A DNA stretch of 64,000 nucleotides, from NCBI GenBank assembly GCA_046757025.1, contig JBHHXN010000003.1, positions 35,248-99,247 on the forward strand. The letters run 5' to 3'. Shown one piece after another: positions 56,218-64,000 of the stretch. The notes under the pieces are model-generated. The model saw nothing but the letters and a program-made list of their open reading frames with translations. It ran no database searches and was not told where the DNA came from. The translations under genes and the position numbers were made by a program. The DNA comes from a bacterium. Lineage in GTDB: Bacteria > Zhuqueibacterota > Zhuqueibacteria > Oceanimicrobiales > Oceanimicrobiaceae. The first letter of the stretch is position 1; every line of letters begins with the position of its first letter.

Positions 56218-57426
56218 ATGAATAAATTTCTCACTGCAATCGATATTCTTTTCATACTCTTGCTCATGATGGCGCTGACCGAGGATAAAAGTTGGGCACA
56301 AGAATCCGTGCCACGGCAAATCTCACCACAGGAATTTGTGACCTTCGATAAAAGTCTGCCCATGAAAACCGCTCTCAGCATTTTAAGCCAGTTCAGTTCG
56401 CGCTACGATGGCAAAATTATCATCGATCCCCTGGGCCACAACATGCCCATCGGGGTGATGGTCAACAACATGTACTGGAAACGCGCTTTAGAATATATTC
56501 TGCGTTCCAATTTATTAAAATACAACGAGAAAGAAAGATATTTTGAAGTGATGCCGTTGACGCAAACCGAGGAGACTGAAGAGGGCGATAAGATTACCAC
56601 CAACACCAAAGAAATTGAAATTAACGCCCTGTTTTTTGAAGCGGATTATTCCGCCTTGCGTGAGGCTGGCATTGACTGGTCGGTGCTCCATAACGGCAAA
56701 GTAGCCGTCAGCGGTAATTTTGGCTCCGAGGTCACCAAAGATCTGTTCCGGGCGCAGTATCGCAACAGTTTTCGCCAGTGGGATGTGTTCACGCTGCTGC
56801 GCACCTTTGAAACCATGGACAAAGGCGAAGTCATCGCCAATCCTCAGATCAAGGTGATGGACCGGCAGGAGGGCAAAATCAAAGTAGGTACCAACTTCTT
56901 TCTAACCACGCGGGATTTTGCCGGCAACACGCGTTTTACCGAATACGAATCCGGTATTATTTTGACGGTCACGCCCACCGTCATGGGCACCCGAGATTCG
57001 ACCTATATCCACCTGGAGTTGAAAACCGAGCGCAGCGCGGTGGCACCCGATCCCGTGGCCGTGACCAAAGCCATCACCGAAAGCAACACCCAGGTATTGC
57101 TGGTGAATGGCGAAGAAACGGTGATCGCGGGGCTTTTTTCCAATGAGGTGAAAAATACCCGCAGAGGCATCCCGATTTTGAAAGATCTGCCTCCCTGGTT
57201 TTTTGGATTGCGCTATCTCTTCGGATACACTTCCAAAGAAGTCAAGAAAAAGGAACTGATCATCATTTTACAAGCCACGGTGCTGCCCACTGTGGAAGAA
57301 CGGTTGAGTATGCGTCTGGGCCAAAAAAATTACATCGAACAAAAAAGACTGGAATTCAAAAGGCGTTTGCAAAAATTGAAAAGCAGCAAAAGCTCCAACG
57401 GCGCATACTATCGAAGAAAAAAATAA
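56218..57426 (+). CDS. pilQ: Short outer-membrane secretin (PilQ/GspD family)
   Basis: Signal peptide, N0-like VNNMYWKRALEYIL, EIEINA..FE..GIDW, GEVIANPQI, ESGIILTVTP, NGEETVIAGL, GIPILKDLP, ELIIILQA. Track start is 56206. Confidence 0.88.
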   Translation: MNKFLTAIDILFILLLMMALTEDKSWAQESVPRQISPQEFVTFDKSLPMKTALSILSQFSSRYDGKIIIDPLGHNMPIGVMVNNMYWKRALEYILRSNLLKYNEKERYFEVMPLTQTEETEEGDKITTNTKEIEINALFFEADYSALREAGIDWSVLHNGKVAVSGNFGSEVTKDLFRAQYRNSFRQWDVFTLLRTFETMDKGEVIANPQIKVMDRQEGKIKVGTNFFLTTRDFAGNTRFTEYESGIILTVTPTVMGTRDSTYIHLELKTERSAVAPDPVAVTKAITESNTQVLLVNGEETVIAGLFSNEVKNTRRGIPILKDLPPWFFGLRYLFGYTSKEVKKKELIIILQATVLPTVEERLSMRLGQKNYIEQKRLEFKRRLQKLKSSKSSNGAYYRRKK

Positions 57427-57444
57427 AAACGATACGAAATCAAA

Positions 57445-57936
57445 ATGGGACAACGAGAACTTTTACTGACCATCGGCGCCATCGTGATTTTCGCCTTGAC
57501 GACTTTGTCGGTGAATCGCCGAAACCTCAGCAATACCGACGCCATTTTACAACGGCAGGCGGAGTTTCTCGCCGTCGGCGTGGCGCAGCGCTTTATCGAA
57601 GAAGCCAAAGTCAAAGCCTTTGATGAGAATACCATAAACGGGAATCCCATCAGTATGCCCAGCGGCTTCACAGGCAGTCCCTTGGGACCAGGCGAAGGGG
57701 AAAGTTATCCTAACTTTGATGACGTGGATGATTTCAACGGACTCACGACTACGGTACCTACGAATATGGGACCCATGTCTGTAAATGTTGAGGTGCAATA
57801 CGTGCATGAAACCAAGCTGGATTCCGTGGTTTCAACCAAAACTTTTAATAAGAAAATGACCGTAACAGTAGATTGCAGCTATTTAAACAAGCCGGTTGCG
57901 TTAACCTATATTTTTGCGTTTCTGAAAAATCCTTAG
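57445..57936 (+). CDS. Minor pilin-like protein (PilV-like position)
   Basis: MGQRELLLTIGAIVIFALTTL hydrophobic N-terminus; FDDVDDFNG; beta-rich C-terminus. Confidence 0.65.
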   Translation: MGQRELLLTIGAIVIFALTTLSVNRRNLSNTDAILQRQAEFLAVGVAQRFIEEAKVKAFDENTINGNPISMPSGFTGSPLGPGEGESYPNFDDVDDFNGLTTTVPTNMGPMSVNVEVQYVHETKLDSVVSTKTFNKKMTVTVDCSYLNKPVALTYIFAFLKNP

Positions 57937-57951
57937 TGCAGGTTGATAAAT

Positions 57952-58524
57952 ATGGATTCCACACTGACATTACTCGGCAGCATCGTCATCGGCGGACTTT
58001 TTATGTTGGGCCTGATGACGTTTTATGGCGGCGTTATCGACAATTCCTATGTTAAAACCCTGGAATTGTTGACACAGGAAACCAGTGCATCGTTTTTGGA
58101 GATCATCGAACACGATTTTAGAAGAATCGGCAGCGCAGTGCAAATACCTGCCAATGCCATCCTCGACACCTCCGAAATTACGTTTTTGGGAGATATCGAC
58201 GAAAATGGTTCAGCCGACACCGTGCGCTACTACACCAGCACTACCTCGCTGGTTGGCTCCACGCCCAATAGTAATGACGTTATCTTATATCGGGTTGTCA
58301 ACGGCGTAAATACCCTTGACGCGGTGGCCGGCGTTACCGAATTTGACGTAGCCTTTTTAGATGAAACCGGACACCGAACCACCGACCTGGCTATGGTGCG
58401 GACTCTCGAAGTTTCGCTAATGGTTGAGAGCATTATGGATTATAACGGTAAATATTCACGAGCATTCTGGAAAAAACGTTTTACTCCGCGCAGTCTCAAT
58501 CGCATTACCAGAACGGATTATTAA
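57952..58524 (+). CDS. Minor pilin-like protein (PilW-like position)
   Basis: MDSTLTLLGSIVIGGLFMLGL helix, IEHDFRRIG, GDIDENG..DTVRYY, LYRVVNG, typical of PilW/GspJ-like bodies. Confidence 0.62.
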   Translation: MDSTLTLLGSIVIGGLFMLGLMTFYGGVIDNSYVKTLELLTQETSASFLEIIEHDFRRIGSAVQIPANAILDTSEITFLGDIDENGSADTVRYYTSTTSLVGSTPNSNDVILYRVVNGVNTLDAVAGVTEFDVAFLDETGHRTTDLAMVRTLEVSLMVESIMDYNGKYSRAFWKKRFTPRSLNRITRTDY

Positions 58525-58539
58525 ATCGATAAAAAGAAA

Positions 58540-59739
58540 ATGGGCAAAGCATTACTCATCATTGTCACGGGTTTTACCACCATCGTTAGCGGAGTGCTGT
58601 TTCACATTACATCCAATCAACAGCTTTCCGCTGCTAAGTTATCCTCGCTCTACAATCAGTGGCTTATTCAAAACAGCAAGGAAAGCGCCAGCAACGCCGC
58701 CACTTCGCGACTGTATCAAAATCTCAATTATCGAGTGGATTCGCTCTATTATAATGTAGGCGGCGTGGATTGTGTTGTAAAAATTACCGACATTGCGGTG
58801 GACTCGGTCAGAGAAGCCAAAAAAATCCTGGTGCGAACGGTGGTCAACTATGCCGACCAGTCCGATACGACCTTCGCCATCTACCAACAGCCGGCCTATT
58901 CTTATTATTATTTCTTTTCAAAGGACTGGCCGCTGCACATCGTTTATGCCACCGGCGACACCATCATGAATCGTATTCATTCCAATGAACGATTCCAGAT
59001 CACCGGCACGCCGGTATTCATGGACAAAGTCACCTGTAAGATGGGAAATTACAGCGACCTGGGCGGCGCCGATCCGAAATTTTTAAACAGCGCTGAATTT
59101 GGCGCGACAGCTATCGCACTGCCAAATTTAACGGCGTTAAAAGATACCGCCCTCGCCGGCGGCGTGACCTATCCCGATGAATTGTGGCTGACTTTCAATG
59201 CCGATGGCAGTTACAAATGCTCCACCAACGTCATCACCGAAATACGAAATTTAGCCGACGTGGGATTTAACGGCACCATCATGACCACCAACAAAAAAAA
59301 TCTCCATGTTAAGGGAGTGGTGAACGGACAGGTCACCATTATCAGCGACGAGCATCTCTATATCGAGGATGACCTGGTTTACAACAGCGATCCCAGGATC
59401 GTGGCCAATTCCACCGACTTTGTGGGTCTGATTTGTGATAAAAATATTATCGTCGCGGATAATGCTGAAACCAGCGCGGGCGTGGAAATACACGCGGCCA
59501 TTTTAGCAAAAGAATTGGTGACGGTTGAGAATTACAACATAGGCGCTCCCCGTGGAACGCTGACCATTTTAGGATCCATCGTGCAGAAAAGCAGTTTGCC
59601 GTTCGGCACGTATGACGGCTTTGGGACGCTTTTGACCGGTTATAACCTGGTTCACGTTTACGACCGCCGTCTTTTCGATCGCACTCCCCCCTATTTTCCG
59701 CGCTACGACCGGATTGAGCTGGTTTACCGTATGGATTAG
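58540..59739 (+). CDS. Minor pilin-like protein (PilX/GspK-like, DUF4900-like C-terminal region)
   Basis: MG-KALLIIV helix; GQVTIISD, FVGLICDKNI, IHAAILA, LTILGSIVQ, YDRRL...PPYFP. Confidence 0.65.
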   Translation: MGKALLIIVTGFTTIVSGVLFHITSNQQLSAAKLSSLYNQWLIQNSKESASNAATSRLYQNLNYRVDSLYYNVGGVDCVVKITDIAVDSVREAKKILVRTVVNYADQSDTTFAIYQQPAYSYYYFFSKDWPLHIVYATGDTIMNRIHSNERFQITGTPVFMDKVTCKMGNYSDLGGADPKFLNSAEFGATAIALPNLTALKDTALAGGVTYPDELWLTFNADGSYKCSTNVITEIRNLADVGFNGTIMTTNKKNLHVKGVVNGQVTIISDEHLYIEDDLVYNSDPRIVANSTDFVGLICDKNIIVADNAETSAGVEIHAAILAKELVTVENYNIGAPRGTLTILGSIVQKSSLPFGTYDGFGTLLTGYNLVHVYDRRLFDRTPPYFPRYDRIELVYRMD

Positions 59740-59832
59740 AGAGAAACGTGCGTGCATGACACCATTTCATAAATCCTGAATTTTAATGGAAGCTATTCAA
59801 GTTATTTGAATCGAATTTAATCAAGCAATAAT

Positions 59833-62379
59833 ATGGAATCCTTGAAAGTATTAAACAATCGATACCAGCTCCTTTCTGTAATAAAGAAAGGCGGCTTTGG
59901 CATCATTTACAAAGGGTACGACAGCGTCCTGGGCAAGGATATCGTGGTAAAAGAGATCAAGCCCGAGCTGTTAGAGGATTCAAAATATGTCGAACAGTTT
60001 CAGAATGAAGCCCGGCATGTGGCGAAAATGAATCATCAAAACATCGTGCACATTTTCGATTTGGTGGAAACCGGCGACAAACAATTCTACATCGTGATGG
60101 AATTCATCAAAGGGCTGGATTTGCACGCTTTGCTGAAAGAATGCCACTTACAGGGCAAGCGCCTTCCCCAGCATTTGGCGGTGCACATCGTAGCCGAAGT
60201 GTGCAAGGCGCTGGATTATGCGCACAACTGCATCATCACCGAAAACAACGAACCGTGCAAGCTGGTGCATCAGGACATCTCTCCCAGCAACATCATGATT
60301 TCTGTAACCGGCGTGATCAAATTGATCGACTTTGGCATTGCTGGCGTGCAGAAAAAATCTCTGCGAGAAAAAAATTACGTGGCTTTGCAGGGCAAGCTGC
60401 CCTACATGTCGCCGGAACACGTGAGCGAGCACGCGGTTCTGGACGCCCGCTCAGACATTTTTTCGCTGGGATTGATTCTGTATGAGATTCTGGAAGGCAA
60501 ACGGTTTTTTGGTAAAGAAGAAGACCAGAAAATTATCGAGCTCCTTCGCAATGGCAAGCTTAAACTCAAAGCCTTGAAACACACGCCCAAACCCCTGGAA
60601 AAAGTCCTGAACAAAGCCCTGGAAAAATCCCTGGAGCATCGCTATCAAAACGCCAATCAGTTTTACATCGACCTGGTCACCTACCAGGTGCTGAATAACG
60701 ACAGCGCCAACATCGACAAAGAAGTGGGCGATTTTGTTTCGAGCCTTACCAATCAACCGGCCTTGGACACAGATGATTTGCTGACGCTGCCGGAAACCGA
60801 TATTTTGTTCAAAGATATTCTCAACGAGGTGGGAGAAAAGACGACTTTGCCGGGCCTGCAGCCGCGTTCCGAAGAGAGGCGCCCGACTCCGGACCAGCAT
60901 GCCGGAGACGAATCCAATTCCCCCACTTCACCAACGGCCCCGCTGGAGTTTTCAGGGATGCAGGAAGATGAATATTTCACCCAGCTCGAAGACGAGGTGA
61001 AAACCATCATCGATGTGGTGCGCCTGTCCACCCGCGGTTACAAAAAACAAATCCAACAGGGTTCGCTCGCTTTTGCCAGCCTGCTGATTTTGTTTTTTCT
61101 GCTGGACCTGGTTTTTCGGTGGACGGCCGTGGGCGCTATCGTTTATGATTATTTCTTCCCCCCCGCCATCAAAATCGCTTCGGTGCCGGCGGGTGCAACC
61201 GCCTACCTGAACAACGAAAAACTGCCCAATTTAACGCCGCTGGCCATCGATGAAATCGAACCGAACAACTACGAGCTGCGCCTTTCAGTGGAAGGGTATC
61301 GGCCCATTTTAAAATCCATTTATGTGCCCAGCAAAGGGGAAATTCAGATACCCGGCGAAGTCAGCCGCGGCGGCAATCAGCCGTTCGTTTTCCGATTCCA
61401 GACCACGCTGAAAATCGACTCGGAGCCGCCGGACGCCGAAGTGTACATCAACGGCATCCAATACGGTCAAAACACCCCCTGCTCCGTAACCTGGGAAGTA
61501 GGCGAACCGTGCCAGATCGAGCTCCGAAAAGCCGGCTTCAACACCCTGACGGGTTTCCGGTTGGATACGGAAAACATGGTTGAAGAAATCGACGATCACC
61601 GATTATGGCGCTTCGAAATTTTAGACCAACCGTTTATCGGTTACAAAATCAAAGGGCTGTTTGGTAAATTTTTTACTTTCACTTCGGACCCAACTGGAGC
61701 GGATATCTATTTAAATACAAATCCCAATCCCGTTGGAAACACCCAGAGTCATAATCAGATTTTTTTAACAGCGGCGGCACATAAAATTACCTTCAAAAAA
61801 AAGGGCTACAATTCCAAATCGCTGACGCTCGACGTCAAGGAGGCGCAAACCCAGGAATTCATCGTCAGTTTGACGCGCCCGGTGCGGTTTCAAGCTTACG
61901 ATGCCACCAACGGTAAAAATCAGGATCTGCAGGCGATGCTGACCAAATTAGTCCGAAACGGCAAAACCGTGTTGAGAAATAAACGCACGCCGGCGAAATT
62001 CAACCTGCGGAATGAATCCTACCACGCTTATTTCAGCAAAAAGGGCTACAAAGACGTGCAGGTTAAAATATCACCGAAAGATAAATTGGTAGTGGCTAAA
62101 ATGGAGCCACAGGCCGGACAAATTTCCGTGGTGGTGATCGACGCCCTCTCCGGCGAACCATTGAGTAACGTCGAAATTCATTACAAATCGCTGGACGAGC
62201 CGGGTGCGGAAGAAAAATTGCTGAACATCACCGATCACGAAGGCGCCTGTACCAGCATCCTGGCGCCGGGGCTGTACTTGTTTACTACCAGTAAAAACCG
62301 CTACGCCTATCAGGAAAAATCGGTGATGATTCAATCGAGTGCAATGAATTTAGTGGAATTTAATTTAAACAAACATTAA
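59833..62379 (+). CDS. Transmembrane Ser/Thr kinase with PEGA-like domains (paralog 2)
   Basis: KGGFGIIY, IVVKE, HQDISPSN, IDFGIA, YMSPEH; same TM and PEGA layout as 38401-40953. Confidence 0.92.
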   Translation: MESLKVLNNRYQLLSVIKKGGFGIIYKGYDSVLGKDIVVKEIKPELLEDSKYVEQFQNEARHVAKMNHQNIVHIFDLVETGDKQFYIVMEFIKGLDLHALLKECHLQGKRLPQHLAVHIVAEVCKALDYAHNCIITENNEPCKLVHQDISPSNIMISVTGVIKLIDFGIAGVQKKSLREKNYVALQGKLPYMSPEHVSEHAVLDARSDIFSLGLILYEILEGKRFFGKEEDQKIIELLRNGKLKLKALKHTPKPLEKVLNKALEKSLEHRYQNANQFYIDLVTYQVLNNDSANIDKEVGDFVSSLTNQPALDTDDLLTLPETDILFKDILNEVGEKTTLPGLQPRSEERRPTPDQHAGDESNSPTSPTAPLEFSGMQEDEYFTQLEDEVKTIIDVVRLSTRGYKKQIQQGSLAFASLLILFFLLDLVFRWTAVGAIVYDYFFPPAIKIASVPAGATAYLNNEKLPNLTPLAIDEIEPNNYELRLSVEGYRPILKSIYVPSKGEIQIPGEVSRGGNQPFVFRFQTTLKIDSEPPDAEVYINGIQYGQNTPCSVTWEVGEPCQIELRKAGFNTLTGFRLDTENMVEEIDDHRLWRFEILDQPFIGYKIKGLFGKFFTFTSDPTGADIYLNTNPNPVGNTQSHNQIFLTAAAHKITFKKKGYNSKSLTLDVKEAQTQEFIVSLTRPVRFQAYDATNGKNQDLQAMLTKLVRNGKTVLRNKRTPAKFNLRNESYHAYFSKKGYKDVQVKISPKDKLVVAKMEPQAGQISVVVIDALSGEPLSNVEIHYKSLDEPGAEEKLLNITDHEGACTSILAPGLYLFTTSKNRYAYQEKSVMIQSSAMNLVEFNLNKH

Positions 62380-62394
62380 TCAGAGGAAAAGGCC

Positions 62395-64000
62395 ATGCCA
62401 AAACTTATCCTCAAAAGTGGATCGGCGGTGTTAAAAGAATTTGAATTGGACACCGCAAAAACAGACTTTACGCTGGGCGCGGATAAAGAGAACGATTTTA
62501 TCATTTCCAATCAAAAGATTTCGACCCGGCATTTTCGAATTGAAAAAGTCAACCACAACTACTACATAGAAGATTTGCAAAGCACCCATGGCACCGTGTT
62601 GAACGGGCGGCCGCTATTGAACCGCGAACAAATCGTGCACGGCGACGAAATCGCTATCGGACAGCTCAATCTCTATTTTGAAAACATCACCAACACCCTG
62701 CAGATCGAACCGTTTGAGGACGAAGACATCGAAGTTATCGACGACGATTTTTTTGAAAAAAATCTAAACCTGGATCGCTCCAGCGAAACCGCTGAGAACA
62801 ACGTCCACGAATCCGTCAAAGCAGAAACCGAGCATTCATCGGGCACGCCCACTGCCACGGAATACTACCAGATAAAAGAGCCCGCTACCGAAACGACCAC
62901 GCTGCCAGTGGCCACCGAAACTCTGGTGGACGAGCAAAAACAAAATGGCGCATCCTTTTATCTGATGGCCATCTACGGGCCGTACATGGGTAAAAAGTAT
63001 CCGTTAAAATTTGGGGACACCAAAATCGGACGGGACGAAACCTTGAACGACATCGTCATCCGCCTGAACGAGCACGGCACGCTGGACCCCAGCATTTCTC
63101 GGCGGCATGCTACGGTGTCTTTCAACCACGGGCGGTTTTTCATCACAGACAAGAGAAGCAAAACCCGCACCTACGTAAACCAGATTAAACTCGACGCCAC
63201 GGATGAGGTGCCGGTTGACGAAGGCGATGAGATCGAAATCGTCAGCGATCAGAAAAGCACGATATTAAGGTTAGTTTCCGAAGACAATCTGGACAGTTCC
63301 CCGCCGAAAAAAGCCGGGGTCTGGTGGATCCGCAACCGTTTTCGCATGGCCACGATCCTCGCGATTTTCTTTGGCATCATTGCATTCGGCGCATTTGGAA
63401 TTTCCTGCGCCAAGCGCATGGCTCTCAACCAGAAACCCAACAAACTCAAATTTATTGAGGAACGCTGGTTTTCCAGCAATTCAGCGGATCGCGAAAACGA
63501 CCACCCACAGACCGCAGCCACCCGGCAGGCCAAAATCGCCGTGTCCGATTTGAATGGCGACCAAAAAGTCGATGTGGTCTTTGCCGACGCGGCCGGTCGA
63601 TTGCAGGCCCTGGACGGCGTCACCAAAAAATCGCTCTGGCTGATGGAAAATTTTCAGGTGCACCCGAACATTCCCATTGTGCTGGCCGACTTTAACGCCA
63701 ACGGCCTGGCCGATGTGCTGGCGGTTGGCGTGGACTCCCGGATGCGGTCTTTGGACGGCAAAAGCGGCGCCGAAATCTGGCTGAGTCCCTTGCTAGGCGA
63801 AAGCATCACCGGCGCGCCGCTGGTGGACGACTTCGACGGCGACGGTTTGAACGACGTGCTGATTTGCACACACGCAGGCCAGATTCACATCGGCCACGGA
63901 TTCATCAACCAGATTAGATGGCAAACCATCCATTCCGGTTACGCGCTAAAGGCTGCCCCTTCCAGCGTGGATTTAAACGACGACGGCATGGCGGATATTT
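62395..64000 (+). CDS. FHA-FHA-TM-FG-GAP membrane protein (paralog 2); runs off the window end
   Basis: Not in the ORF track. Manually translated from ATG at 62395 (GAGGA RBS): MPKLILKSG...ISTRH...DLQSTHGTVLNG...KIGRDETLND...SISRRHA...PKKAGVWW, TM, then DLNGD/DFNANG/DFDGDG/DLNDDG loops. Confidence 0.88.
   Translation, partial: MPKLILKSGSAVLKEFELDTAKTDFTLGADKENDFIISNQKISTRHFRIEKVNHNYYIEDLQSTHGTVLNGRPLLNREQIVHGDEIAIGQLNLYFENITNTLQIEPFEDEDIEVIDDDFFEKNLNLDRSSETAENNVHESVKAETEHSSGTPTATEYYQIKEPATETTTLPVATETLVDEQKQNGASFYLMAIYGPYMGKKYPLKFGDTKIGRDETLNDIVIRLNEHGTLDPSISRRHATVSFNHGRFFITDKRSKTRTYVNQIKLDATDEVPVDEGDEIEIVSDQKSTILRLVSEDNLDSSPPKKAGVWWIRNRFRMATILAIFFGIIAFGAFGISCAKRMALNQKPNKLKFIEERWFSSNSADRENDHPQTAATRQAKIAVSDLNGDQKVDVVFADAAGRLQALDGVTKKSLWLMENFQVHPNIPIVLADFNANGLADVLAVGVDSRMRSLDGKSGAEIWLSPLLGESITGAPLVDDFDGDGLNDVLICTHAGQIHIGHGFINQIRWQTIHSGYALKAAPSSVDLNDDGMADI

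Noticed and set aside
48090-57426. Tad/Flp pilus or plain T2SS
   Set aside because: No TadA/B/C, RcpC or short Flp pilin; PilC, PilB and a PilT-type ATPase are present, and T2SS lacks PilT.
235-63869. The many 60-260 aa antisense and off-frame ORFs in the track (e.g. 1916..2551, 24468..25040, 27240..27917, 37144..37866)
   Set aside because: They overlap well-supported genes on the opposite strand or frame and show no recognisable motifs; they are shadow ORFs.
1-64000. CRISPR array, DGR/retron, prophage, IS transposase, tRNA or rRNA
   Set aside because: No regularly spaced direct repeats, RT/integrase/transposase motifs or tRNA/rRNA signatures seen by eye; the repeats found are dispersed palindromes.

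Overview
Bacterial chromosomal window. The gene content (LptE, secretin, Mla, FCB-style lipoproteins and TPR proteins) indicates a diderm, probably an FCB-group lineage such as KSB1, Calditrichota or Ignavibacteria; this taxonomy is inference only. Positions 1-38 kb are mostly minus-strand housekeeping and envelope genes: HAD phosphatases, tryptophanase, a class-3 asparaginase, pdxJ, fxsA, alaX, queC/queF, an amidase, an MFS transporter, a GT2, an M24 peptidase, a probable 6S RNA, lptE, a sigma54 activator, an epimerase, purD, uvrB, a PpiD-like PPIase, a REC-HK with a stand-alone DHp protein, and an apparently inactive SLT. An operon there joins an RsbU/RsbW/STAS partner switch to mlaE-F-D and a PqiC-like lipoprotein. 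Intergenic spacers hold several small palindromic REP/MITE-like repeat families. Positions 38.4-64 kb form one co-directional + strand locus and are the main candidate for a new system. It is an atypical type IV filament machine: pilins that start Met-Gly with no prepilin leader or Glu5, PilC, PilB, PilT, a PilM-PilN-SPOR fusion, a PilO-PilP fusion, a minimal secretin and three minor-pilin-like genes. This is bracketed by two paralogous [Ser/Thr kinase-PEGA + tandem-FHA/FG-GAP membrane protein] modules. The left side also carries a PP2C phosphatase and a TPR-pseudocyclase-pseudokinase. No CRISPR array, rRNA, tRNA, transposase, integrase or reverse transcriptase was recognised. All calls come from manual motif reading; no database searches were run.
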